Part shown: in pieces, positions 51,567 to 63,117 of the stretch
Layout of the letters: the number at the start of each line of letters is the position of its first letter
Position numbering within the stretch: the stretch's first letter is position 1
Origin: Takakia lepidozioides
Taxonomy: Eukaryota; Plantae; Bryophyta
Reading direction: 5' to 3'
Assembly: GCA_030704615.1 (NCBI GenBank)
Contig: CM060733.1
Coordinates: 20,832,001-20,896,000 of the forward strand
DNA length: 64,000 nt
Made by a program: the position numbers and the translations under genes
The notes under the pieces: generated by a model
The model's database searches: none
What the model was told of the DNA's origin: nothing
Seen by the model: the letters and a program-made list of their open reading frames with translations, nothing else

Positions 51567-52929
51567 GTAGGAGCACTCTCATCCTGTTGCTTCTGTGATA
51601 TGGACAGAGCCAGTGCTCAACACATGTATGTTCGTCTACTCTGTCTTGTATACTAGCTTTGGGGATGTATTGTAACAAAGGGTTTGTAATATGTAAACTG
51701 CAAAAATACAACCCAAGAAACGGTTCATATGTTTTCCTAGCTATGGTCCAATCATTCCCTGTTGAAACCTATTTGTTCCTCCACAGCAAGCAGGACCAAA
51801 AATCTTCCAGCCATAGGGGGCAGTGCGAGTGATAATTGAGTCAAAGAATGTACTCATAAGATGTTGTTTGCTGTAGCTTTGCGGCCATATACCCACACCT
51901 AGTTTGGACATAACAAAATTGAGTCAAAGTGTCAGTTCTTAAGGGGTGTATAGTGAAAAAGATATAGAGAAAATGAGCTTTACAAATCCAGGATGAGGAA
52001 TGAAAGAAAATTTAACTTAATAACAAGGGCCATTCAGGGCCCTGAGAGAGGAGGGAATCTTCATGTGTCCATGAACAGATAAAAGGAGAAGAGAAGGAAA
52101 GAAAAAGTAAGAAACTTTACTAAATCTGAGGGAAGCCCAAAGAAAAGAAAGATGCATCTGAAGGTTCTATAGTAGAAGAGAGAAGAAGCGAAAAAGGAAA
52201 GATATGAAATGTTATGAAATGGTTTGTAACGTCCGCGGGAAGCTCAAAGAGCTTGTGGACACGAGGATAAAAGAAACAAGAAAAAGAGGGGCCACAAACA
52301 GCCTACTTGAACGAAACTTACCAAGGGTAGAGTCAAGCAACAATCAACTGCTTTTCCAGCGATGGCACACCCGAGCATCCCCGCCCAAGCTCCTCCTCTA
52401 CTCCTCTACCCTCGTGCCTCCGCTGCTATGGCAGCAACACACAGTGTTGCACTTTATAAGCTCTGCTCGCATTGCCCGCTTCCTCTGCTGCCACCATCCA
52501 AGCGCGCCCACAGAAACACAGAAATGAGAACAAACTTAGAGTTGATGAAACAATCACAAGCTAAACCCTAAATTTGGCCACAAAATGGTAAGCAAACTTT
52601 TGTGATCAAACATTCCCAATCTCTTCACAGTCCCATTTTCTTCCCAATCTCTTCATATTCCCAATCCCAATCAACTCGTACCTCTTAGCTAGCTTCTAGT
52701 TGCGCGTCGCGTGTCATATCTGTCAGCTCGTCGTCCCCGCACTTCAGTCTAGCCCAACGCGACCAACCATCCCACACGCCCGACGAAGGCGACCTCCAAT
52801 CGACGGTTGTAACTTGATGTACAAAAATAATCAACAACTACAATTAATTCAACTTTTTGCTCCATCGTTCCCGCGTGCTGCGTTTTCTACTTCACATGTC
52901 CATTTTTTATGGACTGCAAGTTGCTACTT

Positions 52930-54018
52930 TTGGATGGCCCGTACCATGCTTTGGCCTCTCATCAGGATACGTCACTATAGTGGTCTTTGTAGACAAATTG
53001 AGTAAGATGATACATATCCGTCCCACTAGAAATTCCGTCACTGCACCCGAACTAACTCGACTATATCTGGAAGCGGTCTATTCCCATCATGGGTTATCTA
53101 AAGTTCTCATTACTGACAGGGGTACCCAATTTACTAGCTTGTTTTGGAAAAGCTTATTTGGTCTTTTTAAAACCAAATTAGCTATGTCAACAGCCTATCA
53201 TCCGGAGTCAGATGGATAGACAGAGCGAACGAATCATACAATTGAAGACATGTTGCGGGCCTTTATGTTAGAAGAACAAGAAGAATGAGACTGGTTATTA
53301 CCATTGGTAGAATTTTCATACAATAACTCGGTCAATGCGTCAACGAAAGATTTTATTTATTTATTTTTAATGTATGGCGAACACCCAAATATGCAATAAC
53401 TCTTACAAAGTTCAAGTTACCAAATGAGGAGTTATCCAAGGTAGCCGCGACTAACGCATTTGTGCAACAAATTTTGACGGGGAGTACGTCAAGCGAAAGA
53501 GAAGCTAGATGGTTGCTCAAAATCGCCAAAGGAATATGCAAATGCACGTCGATGGGATGAGGAGTTTGCAGTTGGAGATCAAGTGTGGTTGTTTACAACC
53601 AACTTACACATCATTGGATCGTGAAAACTAGGGGCACGGTTCATTGGTCTTTTTTTCGATCATTAAACGTATTGGAGCAGTAGCATACGAGCTGGAGTTA
53701 CCACCACATATAAAGATCCACCCGGTATTTCACGTTTCTCTACTACGCCGTTACGAACCTTGACCATCAATATTCAAAGATAATCAAGAACCACAACTTT
53801 TACCAGAGTTGATAGACGGAAATGAAGAGTGGGAGGTCGACTGTGTTCTGAAAAAACGCACATACAAACGAAGGCGACATGAGGTGTTGGAGTATTTGGT
53901 TTTATGGAAATGATTTCCATTACATGAAGCTATCTGAGAACCAGTGCAAAATCTCGCGAATGCTCAATTGACAATTCAAGCTTTCGAAAATTCGAACAAC
54001 GAGGACGTTGCTTCTTGA
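52930..54018 (+). pseudogene. Ty3/gypsy chromovirus integrase plus chromodomain
   Basis: [56 protein letters not shown]. Confidence 0.93.
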
Positions 54019-54031
54019 AAGAGGGGAGAAT

Positions 54032-54391
54032 TGTAACAGGGTAGAATCTAGAAGGTTCTAGATGGAGGAGGAAAGTTCCCTAGAAGTTTCCAGAATAATT
54101 AGGAAGGATCTTAAGAAGTTTGACTTGAGGCTCTCAAGTCAAACCTCTAACATATTTATATTATGGAGAATAAGTCAAATATTTGATAAAGTCATATTAT
54201 GGAGAATATGTCAAACCTATGAAGGTTGACTTTATGAAGCTTTGACTTGAGGCTCTCAAGTCAAACCTTTAAAATAATCATATTGTGAAGGGTATATAAA
54301 CCTGCAATGAAAGCCTAGAAGGGATCGAGTTGTTTTGGGAAAAAGTTGAGAAGTACTTCTATTATAGTTTGTGTAGATCCTGGATGTTACA
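54032..54391 (+). mobile_element. 3' LTR (360 bp) of the chromovirus
   Basis: Polypurine tract AAAGAGGGGAGAA immediately upstream; TGTAACA...TGTTACA ends. Confidence 0.85.
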
Positions 54392-54399
54392 GTTTGACA

Positions 54400-55073
54400 T
54401 TGTCAGCAACAGATCTTTTACATCCTCCTTTAGTCCACATCGAAACTGACTAATGAGGCTCTTCTCATTCCAGTCGAGGTCGTATGCAAGTTGTCAAAAT
54501 TCTGCAACATAAACGGAAGCATAACGTGCTCCTTGTCGAAGATTTCGCATCTTTGTCTCTGCAACTCTCTCCCTACCATTTTCTCTAAACGTTGTAGTGA
54601 ACTCGGACATGAATGCTTCAAAATTGTATAATAAATGTGATTTTTTTTTCTAATAGCGGTGCAAACCAAGATAGAACAGTGCCTGATAGAATGGTGCCCA
54701 CGAATCCCACTTGAATACCTTTATCGGGGTAGCGTTGTGGATGTAGTCGTATGAACAGTCGTATTTGTTGAACAAAACCGCGAAATCTTGATGTTGTCCC
54801 ATCAAATTTCTCGAGCATGCTGATCTTTGGTTCTCTCGTAATCTGTTGAAGAGGAACCGTTGCAGTAGGAGCTGTTGCAGTAGAGACTCGTATGGTTGAT
54901 GATCCATTGTTCGACTCCTTTAACTCTGAAATTTGTTGTTGCAAATTGTGGAGAGCGTTGCCAAGATCTTGAGACTGATCAGCTTGTAATTGGGTGGTAG
55001 AGGTATGAAGTTCTTGCATCTGGAGCTGAAGACTCTGCAATGTGGCGACCATTTCCGCAAATGTGCATTCCAT
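54400..55073 (-). pseudogene. Ty3/gypsy gag (sushi/Tcn1-like), truncated
   Basis: Coiled coil then REPKISMLEKFDGTTSRFRGFVQQIRLFIRLHPQRYP..VGTILSGTVLSWF. Confidence 0.88.
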
Positions 55074-55111
55074 CTTAACTAACTAAGGAACAAACTTTAG
55101 TCTCGCCAAAC

Positions 55112-55785
55112 TGTCAAGGACAAGATCATGACTGAACACAAACAAGAGATCAGACTAGAGGTAGAAGATTAGACAAGAAGTCAAGGTCGGCGTGGCCGTA
55201 TACACGATAAGTAAATAAGAATCAAGACGATCTTTATAACAATGAACAAGAGTACAAGATATTGGAACACGACTTGAATACTGGAATGCTGGAAACTGAA
55301 CTGGAGTACCAAATACTGGAAATTGGGCTAGAGTACTGGGAAGTGGAAACAATAGTAGCTTGAACTGGTGTTGGCGAGATTGAAGAGTGTCCAGTCTCGC
55401 CTCCTATATATACTGGCTACTAGGAGATTCCCTAAGAGGCTTCTCCAAATGAGGTTTCTTGATGGAGAAGTTTCCAAGGTTAAACAAAGGTTTTTTGATG
55501 GAGATTTCTTTAAGCAAAAGATGTATGTTGATGGAGAAGTTTCCTTAAACAAAGGAGATATCTTGATGGAGAAGTTTCCTCCAAAGGAAGCTTCCTGAGC
55601 AGTTTCCCAAGTTACTCCCGGTAATTTGTTAAACTCCCGATAACTTGGTAACTAATGGTAACTTATGATAAATCATGATAAATCATGGTAGATCATGATA
55701 GATCACGACAACTTTTGATAAAATAGTAACTTGATAACTTCTGGTATTTACTCCTGATAAGTTCCTCTGGGCTATGTCCGTGACA
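55112..55785 (-). mobile_element. 5' LTR (674 bp) of the gag-bearing element
   Basis: TGTCA(A/C)GGACA inverted ends; TATA at 55405-55412; followed by a candidate PBS (55099-55111) and the gag ATG. Confidence 0.85.
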
Positions 55786-57176
55786 CGTAAAGACAGAAGA
55801 AGAATGTAAAAGTGACTCGCTTTGGAGTTGAGCTCCACAAAGCCAACGATGTCTACTTAGCAAAAGAAACGTTCAGCGACGGAGCAGTGCTCAACGCCTG
55901 AGATCTTCCTAGCGATCTCTAACACTTCAAGTATAATGATTCCCTTGGTCTCTCCCCACTAGAAGAGAAACCGGTTTTTTACATGGCTCTGCCATCTCAC
56001 ATCTGGCACATTCCACGGCTTTTATCACGGGTCTATACACTGAGCCAAGGTGTGGGTCTAAATATGCCCTAACTGTGGGGTGTCTCACATGTGGTCCACA
56101 CCCCAGGCAAGAACGGTGTGAAAACAGCCATGAGCGTGGCAGGGGTTGGCTTAGTTTACATGGCATGTTACACACCTGTGTGAAATGGAAACATACAATT
56201 ATTTCCACTGATTGTGGTGTATGGGGAGTTTGAGAAAGTTGCCATTGGAAAATGATTATGAACTTCATGTTCATGTTTAGAAATCTGCACGATGGGCTAC
56301 TAGCAAGTGAAGAATACACCCCATTTTCAATCTCTCCATTATGAAGTCTATAATGCCCTTGGTGAAATGAGCATTGGGATCGCATTCAAAGATGGCCCCG
56401 TTCCGTTGCAATCTATGACACAACTAGGACAAATAGGCATATGCATGATTTACATTTTTTGCCACAAATCACTTGCATCATCCTTACGTTGAACTCCTTG
56501 TTTATGTGACATGCTTGTCATCTCACACATCAAAGAAAAAACCAGAATATTTCGAAAAAATCCTAACCTAAATTTACTAACAAGTGTTCAAACCAGCCCA
56601 ATGGTAATATATTTTATTACCATTATCAAATGTTTGTCTGCGTGGTGTTTTGGCTTTCTAGTCAAGTCTGGTAGCAGGACTTTAGCCTCTGACCTAGAAT
56701 GAATCAAAGTGCAAAAGGTTAAAAAGTCAAAAAGTTGCTAATAATCGTGAACACAGAGCAGGGCTGGGACTTGGCGTTTTTTTTTTGTCTCCCTGCGCTA
56801 CACCATGTAGCTGAGGGATGGAACGCGATGATCGCAGGATATGCAGGGGCGTGGGATGGAGGCGTTGAGCAAATGATGCAGGAAGGAGGAGAGGAGGAGG
56901 AGATGAGACGAGGAGAAGCTCGCAACATTCTTGCGAGCTTGCCGTTCTTGGGAGAGTTAGCTTGGTCATAGCAGGCCGTGTTTCAATCTCTGCCTACTCA
57001 GCTACACCGTGGTGGTTCGATCTCATAGACCAATCCGACATTACCTGATTACAGACACAAGCAGCACACACAAGAGGTCCTTTTGGGTTGATGGTCGGTC
57101 AAGTCAAGACACAACCTCAAGGACAATGTGGTGAGGGCATCTTCTTCTTTGACCTATTTCAACTTGTTTTGCCCTC

Positions 57177-59601
57177 TCACATCATGTTTGTGTGCATTGC
57201 AATGCTTGTGCAAGCCTGGCAACCCTTGAGAAGGGCAAAGAGGTGCATGGGGATATCATCAAAGCTGGAATTGTACCTAATGTTATTGGAAACACTGCCC
57301 TGGCAGCTCTGGAAAAGAGGAAGGAGGTCCATGGTGACACCTTCAGAGCTGGAATTGTACCAAATGTCATTTTGAACAATACCCTAGTGGACATGTAGGC
57401 AAAATGTGGGTGCATCGGGGATGCAAAGGGAGTGTTCAACACTATGGTTGAACGAGATGTGGTGTCGTGGAGTGCGATGCTTGCAGGGTATGCACAGCAG
57501 GGACGTGGGATGGAGGCTTTGGAGACCTATGAGCAAATGATGGGGGAAGGGGTTCAGCCAGGCCACATCATGTTTGTATGCATTGCAGGCCTGGCAGCCC
57601 TGGAGAAGGGCAAAGAGGTGCATGGGGATATCATCAAAGCTGGAATTGTACCTAATGTCATTCGAAACACTGCCCTGGCAGCTCTGGAAAAATGGAAGGA
57701 GGTCCATGGTGACACCTTCAGAGCTGGAATTGTACCAAATGTCATTTTGAACAATACCCTAGTGGACATGTATGCGAAATGTGGGTGCATCGAGGATGCA
57801 AAGGGAGTGTTCAACACTATGGCTGAACGAGATGTGGTGTCGTGGAGTGCGATGCTTGCAGGGTATGCACAGCAGGGACGTGGGATGGAGGCTTTGGAGA
57901 CCTATGAGCAAATGATGGGGGAAGGGGTTCAGCCCGGCCACATCATGTTTGTATGCATTGCAGGCCTGGCAGCCCTGGAGAAGGGCAAAGAGGTGCATGG
58001 GGATATCATCAAAGCTGGAATTGTACCTAATGTCATTCGAAACACTGCCCTGGCAGCTCTGGAAAAATGGAAGGAGGTCCATGGTGACACCTTCAGAGCT
58101 GGAATTGTACCAAATGTCATTTTGAACAATACCCTAGTGGACATGTATGCGAAATGTGGGTGCATCGAGGATGCAAAGGGAGTGTTCAACACTATGGCTG
58201 AACGAGATGTGGTGTCGTGGAGTGCGATGCTTGCAGGGTATGCACATCAGGGACGTGGGATGGAGGCTTTGGAGACCTATGAGCAAATGATGGGGGAAGG
58301 GGTTCAGCCCGGCCACATCATGTTTGTATGCATTGCAGGCCTGGCAGCCCTGGAGAAGGGCAAAGAGGTGCATGGGGATATCATCAAAGCTGGAATTGTA
58401 CCTAATGTCATTCGAAACACTGCCCTGGCAGCTCTGGAAAAATGGAAGGAGGTCCATGGTGACACCTTCAGAGCTGGAATTGTACCAAATGTCATTTTGA
58501 ACAATACCCTAGTGGACATGTATGCGAAATGTGGGTGCATCGAGGATGCAAAGGGAGTGTTCAACACTATGGCTGAACGAGATGTGGTGTCGTGGAGTGC
58601 GATGCTTGCAGGGTATGCACATCAGGGACGTGGGATGGAGGCTTTGGAGACCTATGAGCAAATGATGGGGGAAGGGGTTCAGCCCGGCCACATCATGTTT
58701 GTATGCATTGCAGGCCTGGCAGCCCTGGAGAAGGGCAAAGAGGTGCATGGGGATATCATCAAAGCTGGAATTGTACCTAATGTCATTCGAAACACTGCCC
58801 TGGCAGCTCTGGAAAAAGGGAAGGAGGTCCATGGTGACACCTTCAGAGCTGGAATTGTACCAAATGTCATTTTGAACAATACCCTAGTGGACATGTATGC
58901 GAAATGTGGGTGCATCGAGGATGCAAAGGGAGTGTTCAACACTATGGCTGAACGAGATGTGGTGTCGTGGAGTGCGATGCTTGCAGGGTATGCACAGCAG
59001 GGACGTGGGATGGAGGCTTTGGAGACCTATGAGCAAATGATGGGGGAAGGGGTTCAGCCCGGCCACATCATGTTTGTATGCATTGCAGGCCTGGCAGCCC
59101 TGGAGAAGGGCAAAGAGGTGCATGGGGATATCATCAAAGCTGGAATTGTACCTAATGTCATTCGAAACACTGCCCTGGCAGCTCTGGAAAAATGGAAGGA
59201 GGTCCATGGTGACACCTTCAGAGCTGGAATTGTACCAAATGTCATTTTGAACAATACCCTAGTGGACATGTATGCGAAATGTGGGTGCATCGAGGATGCA
59301 AAGGGAGTGTTCAACACTATGGCTGAACGAGATGTGGTGTCGTGGAGTGCGATGCTTGCAGGGTATGCACATCAGGGACGTGGGATGGAGGCTTTGGAGA
59401 CCTATGAGCAAATGATGGGGGAAGGGGTTCAGCCCGGCCACATCATGTTTGTATGCATTGCAGGCCTGGCAGCCCTGGAGAAGGGCAAAGAGGTGCATGG
59501 GGATATCATCAAAGCTGGAATTGTACCTAATGTCATTCGAAACACTGCCCTGGCAGCTCTGGAAAAATGGAAGGAGGTCCATGGTGACACCTTCAGAGCT
59601 G
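57177..59601 (+). repeat. Tandem array of about 6.5 near-identical 375-bp units
   Basis: Exact 375-bp periodicity in the sequence and in the ORF track. Confidence 0.97.
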
Positions 59602-59621
59602 GCCTGGCAGCCCTGATTTAA
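57432..59621 (+). CDS. 729-aa open frame of repeated 125-aa PLS-PPR units; no targeting peptide, E or DYW; function doubtful
   Basis: Unit is P (VVSWSAMLAGYAQQGRGMEAL..), shortened L, L/S chimera, S (VILNNTLVDMYAKCG..ERD); a TAG stop lies upstream at ~57396. Confidence 0.6.
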   Translation: MFNTMVERDVVSWSAMLAGYAQQGRGMEALETYEQMMGEGVQPGHIMFVCIAGLAALEKGKEVHGDIIKAGIVPNVIRNTALAALEKWKEVHGDTFRAGIVPNVILNNTLVDMYAKCGCIEDAKGVFNTMAERDVVSWSAMLAGYAQQGRGMEALETYEQMMGEGVQPGHIMFVCIAGLAALEKGKEVHGDIIKAGIVPNVIRNTALAALEKWKEVHGDTFRAGIVPNVILNNTLVDMYAKCGCIEDAKGVFNTMAERDVVSWSAMLAGYAHQGRGMEALETYEQMMGEGVQPGHIMFVCIAGLAALEKGKEVHGDIIKAGIVPNVIRNTALAALEKWKEVHGDTFRAGIVPNVILNNTLVDMYAKCGCIEDAKGVFNTMAERDVVSWSAMLAGYAHQGRGMEALETYEQMMGEGVQPGHIMFVCIAGLAALEKGKEVHGDIIKAGIVPNVIRNTALAALEKGKEVHGDTFRAGIVPNVILNNTLVDMYAKCGCIEDAKGVFNTMAERDVVSWSAMLAGYAQQGRGMEALETYEQMMGEGVQPGHIMFVCIAGLAALEKGKEVHGDIIKAGIVPNVIRNTALAALEKWKEVHGDTFRAGIVPNVILNNTLVDMYAKCGCIEDAKGVFNTMAERDVVSWSAMLAGYAHQGRGMEALETYEQMMGEGVQPGHIMFVCIAGLAALEKGKEVHGDIIKAGIVPNVIRNTALAALEKWKEVHGDTFRAGLAALI

Positions 59622-61060
59622 ATCAGGCACCTCAACCATACCACAGCTTCTAAAAGAGGATCAAGAGAGGGACTCCATAATGCCTCGTCTTGCTCTTCTG
59701 GGCATGTGAAGATGCTTTGTGAGGCAGGCAGACTGAAAGAGGCTCTACAACCTTTAAACCAAGAAACATTTCAGTCACATTATCCAAAGTGGATTCACAC
59801 CAAGTGTTTTTCTCCTCAACCCCCTTGTGAACATGCATGTTAAGTGCAGGAGCATCATGAATGCACATCGAGTGTTCAATGGAATGCCTCAACGAACTTT
59901 GATCACGTTGAATATAATGTTGGTAGGATTTAACATGGGTGTGGTAGGAATGCTTTGGAGACCTATGAGCAACTGTTGCGCGAAGGGGTGAAGCCCAACC
60001 ACATCACATTTGTTTGTAATGCATGTGCAAGCCTGGGAGCTCTGGAAAAGGGCAAAGAGGTCCATGGTGACATCGTCAAATCTGGAATTGTACCCAATGT
60101 CATTCTGAACACTGCCCTGGTGGACTACATGTATGCCAAATGTGGGTGCATCGAGGATGCAAAGGAAGTGTTTGACAATATGGTTGAACGAGATGTGGTG
60201 TCGTGGAGTGCGATGTTTGCAGGATATGCACAGCAAGGGCGCGGATGGAGGCTTTGGAGACCTATGAGCAATGATGGGGGAAGGGGTGATTCCCCGTGGA
60301 AAAATAGCTCCAAGAAACCTGCATGGGTAGATGGTCAACTGGAAGCCGCAGCAGCAGCGACATAATTGATAAAATCAGGCAATGCTAATCAAGGCACCTT
60401 CTTCAACCCATTTCACTCTGTTTTCCCCTCTTATCAGAATCGCCCTAAATTTTCATGTTTTAAGAATTCTGCAAGTTAGTTGGTTGAGTGAACCTTTGAT
60501 AGTTTGGAGTGACTTTGACATGATACTGCCAAAGTGACAATAGGAAAGTATCCAGAAATAGGTAACAAAGAGGAGAAGCTGTGGAATGAATACTTTTCTG
60601 ACCCCAGTCAATGTTGGGACAACCGTCTTGGAAGGTAAATGCCTTTGGATTACAGAATGGTAGATGCAATTGAGAATATGAACTGGTGTGATAAGATGAG
60701 TTGGGTGTTTGCTGGAACAAATCTAGGCTGCCATTGTCAGCTGCTAACAGCAATGCAAGGATGTATGCATGATCTGTGCAGAGGCATGGATAGCTGAAGG
60801 AGCAGGGATAGAGTGTCATCCAAGAGGGCCAGATTTCAAGCTTCGGATTACTTACGATTCCCTGTGGAGGGTTAGCTACAAGAAACCTGCCTGAGTAGAT
60901 GATACATAGTTTGGAGTGATTTTGACATGATACTACCAAAGTGACAATAGGAAAGTATCCAGAAACATGTAACAAAGATGAGGAGAAGCTGTGGAATGAA
61001 TGCTTTTCTGACCGCAGTTAATGGTGGGACAACCGAGGGAAAAAGGTGAATGTCTATTAG
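59620..61060 (+). pseudogene. PPR N-terminal fragment, one PLS triplet and PDF-motif exons
   Basis: GHVKMLCEAGRLKEAL, PNHITFVCNACASL..MYAKCG, KKPAWVDGQL, EEKLWNEYFSDPSQCWDNR, HPRGPDFKLRITYDSLW. Confidence 0.8.
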
Positions 61061-61544
61061 ATTACAGAGAGTAGGAGACGCAACTCAGCATAGACACTAA
61101 GACAAACTCTCCTTCCCTGCAAAGGGTGTGTTTTGGTATCTGAGCGAATAAATATAATTTCAATATTTTGTTATTTAATAATGTTCTCATCCAGGCCACT
61201 AACCATTTTTCCTATAATAATAATAATAATAATAACAATAAATTAAATCCATTAATATTCAAACTTAATATTGGAAAGCAAATAATAATTAATTAATGTG
61301 TACCACCACACAGGAATGAACACGTGTTGCATAGTGATTTGTCGAAGGTGTGAAATATAACACGTGTCGCATAGTGGCTTGTTCAAGGTGTGAAATCCGA
61401 CATGCCACACTCGCTTTTTTTCACACTCTGCCATGTCAGCTATGCCATCGGCCATGTCAGCGGCCATGTCACCATGCACCATGTGAAAAAAGCCCACCCA
61501 TGGAAAAAGGCGTGGAAAAAGCCGGTTTCTCTTCTAGTGCCCTG

Positions 61545-62449
61545 GCTCTGATACCATGAAGAATTTCACAGACAGTATATTGAGGATCAATGAGACTGGA
61601 ATACAAGGCCTCTGGAGAGCAAGCCATATATACACTGGTGGCACCGCCTCGGGCACCGCCGAGTCTAATAAATGTAACATGGCTCATTAGCTAGAAAAGC
61701 CATACTAATGGGAATGAATATATGCCAACTATCCCTAAGTAATTACTACGGCATGCAGGTACACCGATGCAATCGGTGATCCATGTGAAACCTCTTTAAA
61801 GCTAGCATGATCATTCAACACTTCCATACAAGGTAAGGACTAGTGTTGGACCAGTATATATGGTTAGACCTCAGTATACAGTAAAGGTATGAGTAATGGT
61901 ATGAAGAACCATACCCTACTGGTATGAAAGAACATTATACCCATTTACATAAGCTACTGGGGGTGGATAACGAGTCAAGGATTTGCTCGTCGATACCAGA
62001 CCAGCCTGGGTTGTCGCTGTTGTTATACTCCATTATTGAGGGTTACAAGCGACGATAGAGCTCAGTATAAGTAAGGATATGAACAAGTAGGGTATGAATA
62101 TGAGCTCCAGTGAGCACTTGAGACGTATCAGGCAGTGCAGGCTGAACAAATTGCTCAGACTCTCCGCGGGGGAAGCGGAAATCTGGTCCTGGCTATCATG
62201 ACAGGGCGGAAAAATAACTAAAAGACAGTTTGACAATTGTACTCTATACAAAGGCTCAACAACATAACTACCATACCAATGGTCATATACCCCCAATATC
62301 AATATCAAAAGAATTAATACCAATACCATACCCATACACTATCCATTTTAGAAGACCTATTACCCTATTGATACCATTAATACTCTATCAGGTCATACCT
62401 GCCACCATACCCTTATCAGCCTAGTATGCATAAGGGATCGGATCCTTCA
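61545..62449 (-). mobile_element. LTR (61557-62449) with tRNA-iMet primer-binding site (61545-61556)
   Basis: TGGTATCAGAGC on the minus strand directly after ..CTTCA; TGAAG...CTTCA ends; right boundary less certain. Confidence 0.7.
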
Positions 62450-63117
62450 TACCAGGACTTAGTCTGGTATTTAAAAATACATATACCGGTCCAACACTCG
62501 TAAGGACTCAACAGTGTACAAGATTCGACGAAGGTTACAAGCTCCGGAATTTGAGCTGGTCGTTCCCCAAATGGACTCGTTCACAGTGATTCCCGTGTCG
62601 GTCGAGTGTCGTCCCTTTGCGGGGCCCGGGAGGTCCAGACCTAACATTGGGCTCATTTTCATCTCCTGCAACTCTCTCGCCTTTCAGCTGGTCTTTCCCT
62701 GTGTCACTTTTGTGATTAGTGAACGATCTCTAGTGAGTGCTCCTTTAGTTAATGCGTATATAAAGTTCTCACAAGCTCTCTGCGTTCCTGCCATATTGTA
62801 ACTTGTTTTATCATTTGGTGGCAGCCTGGTTGTTGCAGCTCTCAGATCCAGCCAAGATTGGCAATCCTGTTCGAACTGTCCCGTGTACCTCCTTCGAGAA
62901 CTTGCGGAGGCTCGTTAGCGACGATGGGCTCCCTGACAGAGGTCGATAATATATGAAGCTCCAGATCTACATCACGTAGCTCAATTGAATCCAGCCAATT
63001 ATCAATGATAAAACAAGTGTACGATACGGCAGGAACGCAGAGAACTGGATCTGGAATTACAGATCTGGGAATTACAAATCTTCAATTTCGTCCGAAGAAG
63101 TTAGCTTCGCCCATGAT

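Larger units (their letters stand above)
55957..61539. mobile_element. Non-autonomous Pack-CACTA element 2 (5583 bp)
   Basis: Perfect 18-bp TIR CACTAGAAGAGAAACCGG / CCGGTTTCTCTTCTAGTG; TSD CCC (55954-55956, 61540-61542); no transposase. Confidence 0.95.

Noticed and set aside
52226-52900. 5' LTR partner for the 54032-54391 LTR (starts TGTAAC)
   Set aside because: No similarity to the 3' LTR beyond the first 6 bp; probably part of another element that I cannot delimit
57554-59639. Repeated 87-aa and 107-aa minus-strand ORFs
   Set aside because: Antisense shadows of the PPR tandem array
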